39,943 nucleotides of DNA from Saprospiraceae bacterium (lineage in GTDB: Bacteria; Bacteroidota; Bacteroidia; Chitinophagales; Saprospiraceae): assembly GCA_049317805.1 (NCBI GenBank), contig JBMOHO010000001.1:1-39943 (forward strand), in the 5' to 3' direction. Shown piece after piece: positions 1 to 7,968 of the stretch (the stretch's first letter is position 1; every line of letters begins with the position of its first letter). The notes beneath the pieces were generated by a model, which saw only the letters and a program-made list of their open reading frames with translations, did no database searches and was not told the DNA's origin. Position numbers and translations under genes: made by a program.

Positions 1-587
1 TACAGGTTTTTGACGCCGTCGTACTGGCGTTTGGCCACTTGAAGCTCTATTTTGGCCCTTTCCAGGTCGATGCTGTCGCTTTGTACCTTTAGGCGGCCTT
101 GAATGATTTTGTTGCGGATTTGATCGCTTTTGCTGTTCAATTCGCGCTGCATGGCGCTGATCTGCTGGTCGAGCGCCCCCACCTTGTCTGAATACGCGCC
201 GATGGAACCTTCCTTGGCATCCACCTGGTTGCCCACACGTTCCACAATGTTGGGGTCAAAATAGTCGGTTTTCACTTCGGTTAAATGCAGGATGGTGTCT
301 CCCTTTTTAACCGTTTGACCTTCGGTGACATACCACTGCTCAATTCTGCCCGAAAACGTGGCCTGAATGGTTTGAGGCCGATGCTCGGGCCGCAACGTGG
401 TGACTTTTCCGTTGGCCTGAATATTCTGCGTCCACGGCAAAAACATAAACAAGAGAAACAAGCCGAGCAGCACAAGCAAGAGGTTGCGCACGGAGAGGTG
501 GTACGCCGACAGTTTACTGAGCTCCGTGGCGCGCAGCCCAATCATGTCGGCTTCACAATGCACTTTATTGTTGGTGATGTTTAGCAT
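1..587 (-). CDS. HlyD-family membrane-fusion (periplasmic adaptor) protein, N-terminal ~195 aa; the 3' end lies beyond the window edge
   Basis: The minus-strand frame is open from ATG 587-585 to position 1. It is absent from the ORF track because no stop lies inside the window. My translation is MLNITNNKVHCEADMIGLRATELSKLSAYHLSVRNLLLVLLGLFLLFMFLPWTQNIQANGKVTTLRPEHRPQTIQATFSGRIEQWYVTEGQTVKKGDTILHLTEVKTDYFDPN... It shows the membrane anchor, lipoyl-like hairpin and following coiled coil typical of HlyD adaptors. It starts 11 nt after the stop of the ABC exporter gene upstream on the same strand. Confidence 0.75.
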   Translation of the reverse strand, partial: MLNITNNKVHCEADMIGLRATELSKLSAYHLSVRNLLLVLLGLFLLFMFLPWTQNIQANGKVTTLRPEHRPQTIQATFSGRIEQWYVTEGQTVKKGDTILHLTEVKTDYFDPNIVERVGNQVDAKEGSIGAYSDKVGALDQQISAMQRELNSKSDQIRNKIIQGRLKVQSDSIDLERAKIELQVAKRQYDGVKNL

Positions 588-598
588 GGGCGGTAGGG

Positions 599-2368
599 TT
601 ACATGAATTCTTCCTGGCTCATGGTGAAGTCGCGCTCAATCCGAAAGATGAAGTCAAAATGTTCTGTTTTTTGCACATCGTCAAACGAGCCGTCGAACAC
701 AATAATGCCGTCTTTGAGCACCACCACCCGGTCGCAAAGGGAAGCGAAAATGGCGTCTTCGGTCACACAACAGAGCGTCCACTGGTGGCTGCGGTCGGTT
801 AAATAATGCGAAATGCGGAGGCGGTCGCGGTAGTTGAGGTTTTGGAGCGGGTTCTCCATGGAGAGCATTTTGGGCTTGCTGACCACGGCGCGGGCCACCA
901 GTATTTTGTTGACGATGCTGCGGGGCAGGTTGACGCCCCCGGGCAACAGCTCGGTGTTGATGCCCTCCGGCAGTTTGCGGATGTATTCGCCCAGGCCTAT
1001 GGCGTCTATGATTTTCAGCACGTGTGGCAAGTCAACGCCATCTTGTTGGATGGTGATGTTTTCCAGCAACGAGCCTTTAAAAATGTCTTCTTGCGACGAT
1101 AAATCGCCGATGACCGAGCGCAGGCTCCGGAGGTTGATGTTGCTTTTGGGCAGTCCGTTGAACAACAGCACACCGGTAAAATTGCGTTTGAGCACCGACA
1201 GGATTTGCATGAGCGTGCTTTTGCCCGAGCCGCTGTACCCGGCAATGGCCACGCGCTCGCCGGCGTGTATTTTCAGGTTGATGTTGTTCAGGATCGGTGA
1301 GTCGTAATCGGCATTTTGGTAGCTCAGGTTGCGCAATTCCACGCTCAGGGGCTCGTTGCTGCAAAAATCATCGACACTCAAGCCGTCTTCGCGCTCCAGG
1401 GGCAGGTCGGTTACCTGACCGATTTTCTCTACCGCTGTTAAAATATCGTAGCCGGTTTCGTGCAAATTGATGAGCTTCTCAACGGAATCGACCACGAACA
1501 GGATCAATATTTCAGAGGCGACGAACTGGCCAAGGTTCAGTTCGTTGTTCATCACCAGCAAACTGCCCAGCACCAGAAATCCACCCAATACGAGTACCCG
1601 AAAAGCCACACTGCTCAGAAACTGAATGACCAGGATGCGCCAGTGATCGGCCCGTGCAGACAGGTAGTTTCCAGCGTGATCATCGGCCCGGGTCAGGGGG
1701 AATCGGTTGTTGCCCACCAGTTTAAACGTCGGGGCCACGCGGCCTACCTCCTCCAGCCAATATACCAATTTGTACTTGTATTTTGATTCCAGGAGGCTGG
1801 TTTTCAGACCCAATGGCGTGGTAAAGTAGAAAAAGAGCAGCAACACCAGCAGCAAAATGAGCGACGAGGTAACAAACGTACTGTGGTAAAACGACAGAAA
1901 CAACAAGCTGATGACAATTTGCAACAACGCCGTACTGCCGTCGATGAGCAGTTTAGGCAAGCCTTTCTGGATCGTGATGGTGTCAAAAAAACGGTTGACC
2001 AATTCGGGAATGTACTCATTCCGCAAGTCTTCGAGGTTGAGGCGCGGAATGCGCACCGCAAAATCGACGGCGGAGTCGGCGAAAATGCGCCGCTGGATAT
2101 GCTCCGTTACATTCAGTTGAAAGTAGCGGAGCATACCAACAAACATAGCCCCGATGACGACAAACAAGATCATAACCCCCCACGATGCAGAAATGGCGCC
2201 ACCGGCTATTAAACCAATAATGGCCTGAATACCAAGCGGCAGCGAGAGGTTGATCAAACCGATCACCAAGGCATAAATGAAAATATACCGCATTTCCATG
2301 CGGTATTGGCCCAACAAACGGGCCACGCGCTGGAATGGCGTCAATGCGCCGGGGCGTGCTTCAGCCAT
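599..2368 (-). CDS. ABC exporter, fused permease + nucleotide-binding domain (type I secretion / bacteriocin-exporter-like, without a C39 peptidase domain)
   Basis: 589-aa ORF with a hydrophobic multi-helix N-terminal half and a C-terminal NBD carrying Walker A GYSGSGKST. It is followed 11 nt later by the HlyD-type adaptor gene. The other NBD motifs look degenerate (see findings). Confidence 0.85.
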   Translation of the reverse strand: MAEARPGALTPFQRVARLLGQYRMEMRYIFIYALVIGLINLSLPLGIQAIIGLIAGGAISASWGVMILFVVIGAMFVGMLRYFQLNVTEHIQRRIFADSAVDFAVRIPRLNLEDLRNEYIPELVNRFFDTITIQKGLPKLLIDGSTALLQIVISLLFLSFYHSTFVTSSLILLLVLLLFFYFTTPLGLKTSLLESKYKYKLVYWLEEVGRVAPTFKLVGNNRFPLTRADDHAGNYLSARADHWRILVIQFLSSVAFRVLVLGGFLVLGSLLVMNNELNLGQFVASEILILFVVDSVEKLINLHETGYDILTAVEKIGQVTDLPLEREDGLSVDDFCSNEPLSVELRNLSYQNADYDSPILNNINLKIHAGERVAIAGYSGSGKSTLMQILSVLKRNFTGVLLFNGLPKSNINLRSLRSVIGDLSSQEDIFKGSLLENITIQQDGVDLPHVLKIIDAIGLGEYIRKLPEGINTELLPGGVNLPRSIVNKILVARAVVSKPKMLSMENPLQNLNYRDRLRISHYLTDRSHQWTLCCVTEDAIFASLCDRVVVLKDGIIVFDGSFDDVQKTEHFDFIFRIERDFTMSQEEFM

Positions 2369-2498
2369 GAGTCAGATGTTTTCCTATTGCGCAATGAAAC
2401 CGATAAATCATGGAATGGTTCAATAGCTTAACTATTTATGATAAAAGCAAAAAGGGGTACACATGTGGTTTTAACGGCCAAATATGCGGCCTGTTGTT

Positions 2499-2506
2499 TA
2501 TTTTTG
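2499..2506 (+). promoter_or_regulatory. Candidate Bacteroidota -7 promoter box (TAnnTTTG) for the acyl-CoA reductase gene
   Basis: TATTTTTG lies 20 nt upstream of the TTG start at 2526. The motif has only 6 fixed positions, so roughly 10 chance hits per strand are expected in 40 kb. Support comes only from its position. Confidence 0.3.
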
Positions 2507-2525
2507 CCAAAAATAAGGACTGCTT

Positions 2526-3560
2526 TTGGACAAGCAAGAAAGAATTGATGCATTAGTGGCCTTGGGGGCTGAGTTGAGTGTTTTACACCAGGATCCAGAG
2601 TGGGCAGGCATCTTGCAGTTGGCCCAGGCTGAAAACGGCTGGTTTACCCCCGAAAACGTGCACCAGGCGGTATCGGCCATAGCCTCGGCCATGCTGACGC
2701 ACGCGCATTTGACCAACTGGCTGGATCGGTATCCCTGGGTGGCTGGCCCCACCGACCGCTCCGTCGCCCTCGTAATGGCCGGCAACATTCCGCTGGTCGG
2801 GTTTCACGACTGGCTTTGCGTCTTTGCAGGCGGCCACCGTGCCAAGGTCAAACTTTCGGACAAAGACAGGGTGTTGTTGCCTTTTTTGCTGCGGAAACTG
2901 GGCGACATCGCGTTTGAATCCTGGGCGTTCACAGAGTTTGCCGTGGAACACGAGCCCCTGCGCCAGTTTGACGCCGTGATTGCCACCGGAAGCGACAACT
3001 CATCCCGTTATTTTCATCAATATTTTGGCAAATATCCGCACATCATCCGCAAAAACAGGAACAGCATTGCGGTGCTGGACGGCACGGAAACGAAGGCCGA
3101 CCTGATGGCACTCGGGCGCGACATCTTTAATTATTTTGGCCTCGGTTGCCGCAATGTGAGCAAATTGTACGTCCCTTTCGGGTATGATTTCGAGTTTTTG
3201 CTGGAGACCCTGCACGAATACCGCGATATGGTGCAGCACAATAAATACCTGAACAACTTTGACTACAATTTTACGCTGTTTGTCCTCAACAACATTCGGT
3301 ACATGAACAACGGATGCATCTTGTTGAAAGAAGACGACTCGCTTACCGCGCGCATTGCCACCCTTCATTACGCGCATTACCAGGACTTGCAAGATTTATC
3401 CGATAAAATAAACCAACAAAAGGCGGGCATCCAGTGCGGAGTAGGCAACATGACCCTGCCGGATTTCCCTTTATTGCCGTTTGGCACCACGCAAACGCCC
3501 GGTTTGACCGATTATGCCGACGGGGTGGATGTCATGCAGTTTTTGGGCGATATCCGATAA
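2526..3560 (+). CDS. LuxC-like acyl-CoA reductase family protein
   Basis: 344-aa ORF with a TTG start. The segments VALVMAGNIPLVGFHDWLCVF, GHRAKVKLSDKD and ATGSDNSSRYFHQYFGKYPHIIRKNRNSIAVL match my recollection of the ~350-aa Bacteroidota acyl-CoA reductase (LuxC) family. The assignment is from memory, not a search. Confidence 0.6.
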   Translation: MDKQERIDALVALGAELSVLHQDPEWAGILQLAQAENGWFTPENVHQAVSAIASAMLTHAHLTNWLDRYPWVAGPTDRSVALVMAGNIPLVGFHDWLCVFAGGHRAKVKLSDKDRVLLPFLLRKLGDIAFESWAFTEFAVEHEPLRQFDAVIATGSDNSSRYFHQYFGKYPHIIRKNRNSIAVLDGTETKADLMALGRDIFNYFGLGCRNVSKLYVPFGYDFEFLLETLHEYRDMVQHNKYLNNFDYNFTLFVLNNIRYMNNGCILLKEDDSLTARIATLHYAHYQDLQDLSDKINQQKAGIQCGVGNMTLPDFPLLPFGTTQTPGLTDYADGVDVMQFLGDIR

Positions 3561-3563
3561 AAA

Positions 3564-4652
3564 TCAAAGCCTCGAAACAAAAAGACCATAAACCCATTCG
3601 TCCTCGGCAATGCGGAACCACGAACCGTGTTCTTCAATGATGTCAACCGGCGCTCCGTGGGGCAATTGTCGGACGATGTGGTAGGTGGTATCAGGCCCTG
3701 AACGCACGTTGAGGACGGCCGTGCCGCTCACCTCTCCCCGGCTGATGTAGACGGCTGTGAGCATGGAGGCATGTACCCAGCGTTGTTCGCCGACGGCCAC
3801 CCACTGGTTTTCGTGGCGCAGGGCGTCCAGCATGCTGCGGCAGGGCAGGGCGTCTACCACGGGAAAGTGCATGCCCGGGCCGCTGCGCACCGAAGCGCCG
3901 GCGGGTTCGCGTACCATGTGCATGAGTTCTGTTTTTTCGGGTCGCAGGTGGTCTGATGCCACCCACAGGTGCCGACCAATGCGGCGCCAATGTTCATCGT
4001 GTTCAAAAACCGCCACCAGCGCGCCCTCGGGCAGCATCTCGGCCACCGGAAAATCCAGGCCAGGCCCACGCCGTACAGGTGCCTGGCCGCCATGTATGCG
4101 CGCGCGGGCGGCGAGCCCTTCGGGTATGTGCTGCATGGATTCTTCGACCGCTGCCAGAAAGCGACTCCAGGCATCTTCGTGCGTCAGCGAGTCCTGGTGC
4201 AACTGTCCTGGTGGCTGGCGAAATACAAAACGGGTGCTCAGCCGGTATTTTCGCAATAGATAAGCGGTCAAGTCGGCGGCGTAGCGCTGCAATTTGTTCC
4301 AATCGGCATCAGGGTACACGCAAAGGTCGAGCCCAAGCAAAAAATAATCCGGTTCCACATTGGACAGCCCCACTACGGGACGGAGCTCGGCCGGCGGCGA
4401 TTGCGCATGCATGTGAAAAGCCCTTTCATTGTCCGGTATGCACTGGAGCACGCCTTTGTCGTCTACGATATAGTGGGTAGATTGCTGGTCAGCGCCGTTG
4501 TTGTAAAAATTGCGCAGGGCATGTGCCGGGTCAGGGCGCATCACCTCATGGATCATTATGCCCTTTAGTTGTCGGATGGCATGTTGCCCGGCGTCGCGCA
4601 AATATGGTCGGTTGCGGGCATTGTTTAGCAGGTCAGCAGTTATGGGGATCAT
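3564..4652 (-). CDS. N-acetylmuramoyl-L-alanine amidase (Amidase_2/PGRP type) with three C-terminal SH3b repeats
   Basis: The ORF runs 3564..4697, and the most likely ATG is at 4652 (MIPITADLL). The amidase motif reads IMIHEV...STHYIVDDKGVLQCIPDNERAFHM. Three ~65-aa SH3b-like repeats follow (VRRGPGLDFPV.., VRSGPGMHFPV.., VRSGPDTTYHI..). Confidence 0.8.
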   Translation of the reverse strand: MIPITADLLNNARNRPYLRDAGQHAIRQLKGIMIHEVMRPDPAHALRNFYNNGADQQSTHYIVDDKGVLQCIPDNERAFHMHAQSPPAELRPVVGLSNVEPDYFLLGLDLCVYPDADWNKLQRYAADLTAYLLRKYRLSTRFVFRQPPGQLHQDSLTHEDAWSRFLAAVEESMQHIPEGLAARARIHGGQAPVRRGPGLDFPVAEMLPEGALVAVFEHDEHWRRIGRHLWVASDHLRPEKTELMHMVREPAGASVRSGPGMHFPVVDALPCRSMLDALRHENQWVAVGEQRWVHASMLTAVYISRGEVSGTAVLNVRSGPDTTYHIVRQLPHGAPVDIIEEHGSWFRIAEDEWVYGLFVSRL

Positions 4653-4714
4653 GGTACCAAGGAGTTGATCCGTCGAACAGAACGGCACAACACGCAAAAA
4701 TAGTGCAGGAATAT

Positions 4715-4722
4715 TACCTTTG
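4715..4722 (+). promoter_or_regulatory. Candidate -7 promoter box (TAnnTTTG) for trmD
   Basis: TACCTTTG lies 27 nt upstream of ATG 4749, in the divergent intergenic region between the amidase gene and trmD. Short motif, positional support only. Confidence 0.35.
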
Positions 4723-4748
4723 CATCACTTTTTTATGATGTGTTTGAT

Positions 4749-5438
4749 ATGCGTATAGATGTTGTTACCGTTTTACCCGAATTATTGGACGGACCGTTTG
4801 CCCACTCCATCCTCAAAAGGGCCCAGGACAAAGGGTTGTTGGAAGTACATGTGCACGGCTTGCGCGGGTACGGCATGGGCAAACACCAACAAGTAGACGA
4901 CTATCCTTTTGGCGGCGGGGCCGGCATGGTCATGCGTCCGGAACCCATTGCCGCCTGTTTTGATCAACTGCTTGCCGAACGGCCTTACGATGAAGTCATT
5001 TACACCACGCCGGATGGCCTGCGCCTTGAGCAAGCGCATTGCAACCACTTGTCGATGAAACAAAACCTGCTCATCCTGTGTGGACACTATAAAGGTGTGG
5101 ATGAACGGATCAGGGAAAAATACATCACCATGGAAGTCAGCATCGGCGATTATGTGCTCTCCGGCGGTGAACTGGCAGCCGCGGTGATCGTGGATACCAT
5201 AGGTCGGTTGCTGCCCGGGGTGCTCAACGACGAAACCTCGGCGCTTTTCGACAGTTTTCAGGATGACCTGCTGGCGCCTCCTGTGTATACGCGGCCGGCT
5301 GAATGGGACGGATTGGCGGTGCCGGCAGTACTGTTAAGCGGCCATGAGCGCCAGATAGAGGAGTGGCGGCATGAGCAAAGTTTGCTGCGCACGAAACAGC
5401 GCAGACCCGATCTGTACGCAAAATTTATGGGTGAGTAG
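4749..5438 (+). CDS. trmD: tRNA (guanine37-N1)-methyltransferase
   Basis: [17 protein letters not shown]..., [33 protein letters not shown] and [13 protein letters not shown] are classic TrmD motifs. The ORF track starts at GTG 4740. ATG 4749 fits the family N-terminus better. Confidence 0.9.
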   Translation: MRIDVVTVLPELLDGPFAHSILKRAQDKGLLEVHVHGLRGYGMGKHQQVDDYPFGGGAGMVMRPEPIAACFDQLLAERPYDEVIYTTPDGLRLEQAHCNHLSMKQNLLILCGHYKGVDERIREKYITMEVSIGDYVLSGGELAAAVIVDTIGRLLPGVLNDETSALFDSFQDDLLAPPVYTRPAEWDGLAVPAVLLSGHERQIEEWRHEQSLLRTKQRRPDLYAKFMGE

Positions 5439-5478
5439 GATGCTATTTGCCTGTATTGGTTCCAATAACGCAGCCAGA

Positions 5479-5631
5479 TCACCGGTTTTTACGGCATTTA
5501 TCAGAACAATACCGGACCTCTTCCCATACTTTTTCCCATTTTTTGCGCCAGGCAAACGGGCGTCCGCACACCACACATATCTTGACCGGCAGGTTTTCTT
5601 TTTTAGGCGGATTGTTGCCGTTTTTTTTCAA
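5479..5631 (-). CDS. Small DUF2256-like zinc-ribbon protein (50 aa, TTG start), absent from the ORF track
   Basis: My minus-strand translation is (L/M)[49 protein letters not shown]. The core C-x2-CGRPF-WRKKW-x-W-x2-V-YCS-x-CR matches my memory of the DUF2256 family. No ATG lies between the upstream in-frame stop (TAA 5650-5648) and the Cys core, so TTG 5631 is the only conventional start. The stop is TGA at 5481-5479. Confidence 0.55.
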   Translation of the reverse strand: MKKNGNNPPKKENLPVKICVVCGRPFAWRKKWEKVWEEVRYCSDKCRKNR

Positions 5632-5668
5632 AATGTTTATTAATTGTTTTTAAAAACACAATATGTTG

Positions 5669-5676
5669 TATATTTG
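5669..5676 (+). promoter_or_regulatory. Candidate -7 promoter box (TAnnTTTG) for the zinc-ribbon gene
   Basis: TATATTTG lies 78 nt upstream of ATG 5754 and 21 nt upstream of the TTG at 5697. Short motif, positional support only. Confidence 0.35.
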
Positions 5677-5753
5677 CGTCGTCATGCAACGCGGGTTTGA
5701 CCCATAGTCCCTCAAATACGCGCAAACACCCTTACCCAAAATGCAAAAATGTC

Positions 5754-6701
5754 ATGCAATTATGTCCAAACTGTGCGGCTGAAATCATTCCGGGCGCCCG
5801 GTTTTGTCACCGTTGTGGCGACAAAATAGCGGAGCGCAGCAAAGCATGTCCGGCTTGTCGGGAGAACAACCCTTTTCCGTCTGTGTTTTGCCACCACTGT
5901 GGTTTTCATTTTGAAGGCAAAGATGCTGAGCGTGCCGCGTATGTGCCGCGGTATCCGCTGTCGTTTGACACCGGAGAAGTAACAGAGCAAATCAAGGCTT
6001 TGTTTTTTCGGAGTTTGCGGCAAAGGGTAGGGGAGGAGTTTGACCCACAACGCTACAGCGAGTTTGTGGAACGGTTTTACCAGTCGCGTTTCCGGGAAAT
6101 TTATGCCGTTCGGGCGGCGCAAATTGCCAAAGAAGCCCAGGCCGACTGGGAGCGGTTCGGGCGCACGGGCCTGCCCGACATTGACAAACGGATAGATGCC
6201 TCATTTGACGGTCTGCTCGACTATTTTGCCATTCAATATTGCCCCGACCTCGGGGGACTGGCCCTGCCGGAGGCCATATTGAAATACGAAAGGGCGGAAC
6301 CGGCGCATACCGACATGCGGGTGATGATGGCGGATTACCTCGCTTTTCAACGCGAAAAAGAACGGATATACACCGATTTCATATCCATGGACGCCATCGT
6401 GCTGGAAAACGCCTGTCGGTCTTTTTTGAAAGCGAGCAGGGAAGAAACGCTCTATTTCCTGTGCGATTTATCGGCTAAAAACAGCGGCAAAGAAGGTTTT
6501 GCCATGAGCAACCAGGCCTTGTATTGGAAATCGCCGTTTGACCGCGCCCGCGCCGTACACTACGCGCAGCTGAATCAATTGAGCCTGAAAAAAGACCATT
6601 TGACCATAAACGGGCTGTTTTTTTCCGTCAATCCTTCCCTTGATTTGAAAATATACAAACTCCTGAAAAAACTTCGATCCTGGTACGCCCTTCAAAACTA
6701 A
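5754..6701 (+). CDS. Double zinc-ribbon domain protein with an uncharacterised C-terminal region
   Basis: The ORF runs 5697..6701, and the likely start is ATG 5754 (MQLCPNCAAEIIPGARFCHRCG...CPACRENNPFPSVFCHHCG). That gives two CxxC...CxxC ribbons. I do not recognise the remaining ~260 aa. Confidence 0.6.
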   Translation: MQLCPNCAAEIIPGARFCHRCGDKIAERSKACPACRENNPFPSVFCHHCGFHFEGKDAERAAYVPRYPLSFDTGEVTEQIKALFFRSLRQRVGEEFDPQRYSEFVERFYQSRFREIYAVRAAQIAKEAQADWERFGRTGLPDIDKRIDASFDGLLDYFAIQYCPDLGGLALPEAILKYERAEPAHTDMRVMMADYLAFQREKERIYTDFISMDAIVLENACRSFLKASREETLYFLCDLSAKNSGKEGFAMSNQALYWKSPFDRARAVHYAQLNQLSLKKDHLTINGLFFSVNPSLDLKIYKLLKKLRSWYALQN

Positions 6702-6788
6702 GCTTCTGGCAGCGTGCGTTTACCGCTTGATGGAACTTTTTGTAAATTATTTGGGTTCTAACACTTGCATAGTTGGTGCAATTCGACG

Positions 6789-6796
6789 TAAATTTG
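6789..6796 (+). promoter_or_regulatory. Candidate -7 promoter box (TAnnTTTG) for tRNA-His
   Basis: TAAATTTG ends 15 nt before the tRNA 5' end. A TTG at 6765-6767 sits at a plausible -33 distance. Confidence 0.4.
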
Positions 6797-6810
6797 CCCC
6801 GCTAAAAAAT

Positions 6811-6886
6811 GGAGGTTGTAGCTCAGTTGGTTAGAGCGTTGGTTTGTGGCACCAAAGGCCGGGGGTTCAAATCCCCTCAATCTCCC
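6811..6886 (+). tRNA. tRNA-His (anticodon GTG)
   Basis: I folded the cloverleaf by hand. The extra G-1 (6811) pairs with discriminator C73 (6886), the hallmark of tRNA-His. The acceptor stem is GAGGTTG/CAATCTC with one G-T pair, followed by T8 A9. The D arm is GCTC-AGTTGGTTA-GAGC. The anticodon stem is TTGGT/ACCAA with loop TTGTGGC, giving anticodon GTG. The T arm is GGGGG-TTCAAAT-CCCCT. CCA is not encoded. Confidence 0.9.
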
Positions 6887-6893
6887 TACGAAG

Positions 6894-6917
6894 AGGCTCC
6901 TTATGGGAGCCTTTTTT
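6894..6917. terminator. Hairpin + T-run, likely a bidirectional terminator between tRNA-His and the convergent DUF1573 gene
   Basis: GGCTCC-TTATG-GGAGCC is followed by TTTTTT. It lies directly after the tRNA and overlaps the stop of the minus-strand gene ending at 6916. Confidence 0.6.
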
Positions 6918-7386
6918 ATTTTACCTGTCCTTTCAGCATGATGCTTGTTTGGCTTGGCAAGGAATTGGCGGTCACGTAGATCAACTTTTTCTGCAAACCG
7001 GTGCGGCCTGAGGTGTTGAACTTGGCGTAAATTTCACCGCTTTCACCGGGTTTTACGGGTTCTGTAGGCCATTCCGGCACCGTGCAGCCGCAAGAGGATC
7101 GCGCATTGCTGATGAGCAGGGGCGTTTTTCCGGTGTTGATGAATTTGAATTTGTGCTCCACCAGGTCGCCTTCTTTTACCTCTCCAAAATCATATTCGGC
7201 TTCCTCAAACGTCAAGCGGGCCATCTGGGTGGTATCGGTTGTGCCGTCTGCGGTAACCGGGTTGCGCACCAAATCGGCATTGGCGCCATTGCGTATTTCC
7301 TTTACACTTTCCTCTTTGGGTTCCGACTGGCAGGCCACCCACAGGCAACCGTAGAGGCAAAACAAAACACCTACTGTATTTTTCAT
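6916..7386 (-). CDS. DUF1573 domain lipoprotein
   Basis: The likely start is ATG 7386 (MKNTVGVLFCLYGCLWVAC, a lipoprotein-type signal). FDFGEVKEGDLVEHKFKFINTGKTPLLISNARSSCGCTVPEWPTEPVKPGESGEI is the characteristic DUF1573 core. Confidence 0.8.
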   Translation of the reverse strand: MKNTVGVLFCLYGCLWVACQSEPKEESVKEIRNGANADLVRNPVTADGTTDTTQMARLTFEEAEYDFGEVKEGDLVEHKFKFINTGKTPLLISNARSSCGCTVPEWPTEPVKPGESGEIYAKFNTSGRTGLQKKLIYVTANSLPSQTSIMLKGQVK

Positions 7387-7433
7387 GTGCTGATGCTTAT
7401 TTTTGCTGCAAAGATACACGCTTGCATAGACAC

Positions 7434-7946
7434 ATGCCACGACGATATTACCTGATTGGCTTTATGGGTGCCGGCAAAACCTACTGGGGGACACGGATGG
7501 CACAGGCCCTGAATTGTCCGTTTATAGACCTGGATGAAGCCCTGGAGAGCCGGCACGGCATGTCGATACCAGCCATTTTTGAACAATACGGCGCTCGTAC
7601 GTTTCGCCAATGGGAACGCCAGATGCTGCTGGATACGGCCATGGAGCCCCGGCTGGTTGTCGCAACAGGCGGTGGAACGCCTTGTTTTGCCGACAACATG
7701 GACTGGATGAACCAGCACGGCATCACCATATTTTTGCCTGTTCCGGCGACCATATTGGCCGAACGGCTGAGCAATCAAATGGCTGGCAGACCACTGTTGC
7801 AGGGCCTGGAGCCCGAGGCGCTTCCCCAATTCATTGAATACAAGCTACATGAGCGGATGCCGTATTATGAAAAAGCCGGTGTAATATTGCCCGTGTATAA
7901 ATTAGGCACAGACTGGTTGCCCTTGTTGCAAGAAATATCCGGTTAA
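7434..7946 (+). CDS. aroK: Shikimate kinase
   Basis: MPRRYYLIGFMGAGKTYWG (P-loop) is followed by FIDLDEALESRHGMSIPAIFEQYGARTFRQWE and VVATGGG. The ORF track starts at TTG 7422; ATG 7434 is preferred. Confidence 0.85.
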   Translation: MPRRYYLIGFMGAGKTYWGTRMAQALNCPFIDLDEALESRHGMSIPAIFEQYGARTFRQWERQMLLDTAMEPRLVVATGGGTPCFADNMDWMNQHGITIFLPVPATILAERLSNQMAGRPLLQGLEPEALPQFIEYKLHERMPYYEKAGVILPVYKLGTDWLPLLQEISG

Positions 7947-7968
7947 CTTAGCTTTGTTGCTCCTTTGA

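Noticed and set aside
3691-4480. Cluster of overlapping 60-175-aa ORFs on both strands
   Set aside because: All lie inside the GC-rich SH3b-repeat part of the amidase gene. Their translations are Arg/Pro/Ala-rich nonsense. The amidase frame carries the only recognisable domains.
6811-6886. tRNA-His as an integration site of a genomic island
   Set aside because: There is no integrase, no partial tRNA duplicate and no direct repeat of the tRNA 3' end in the window. The adjacent genes (DUF1573, aroK) look like core genes.
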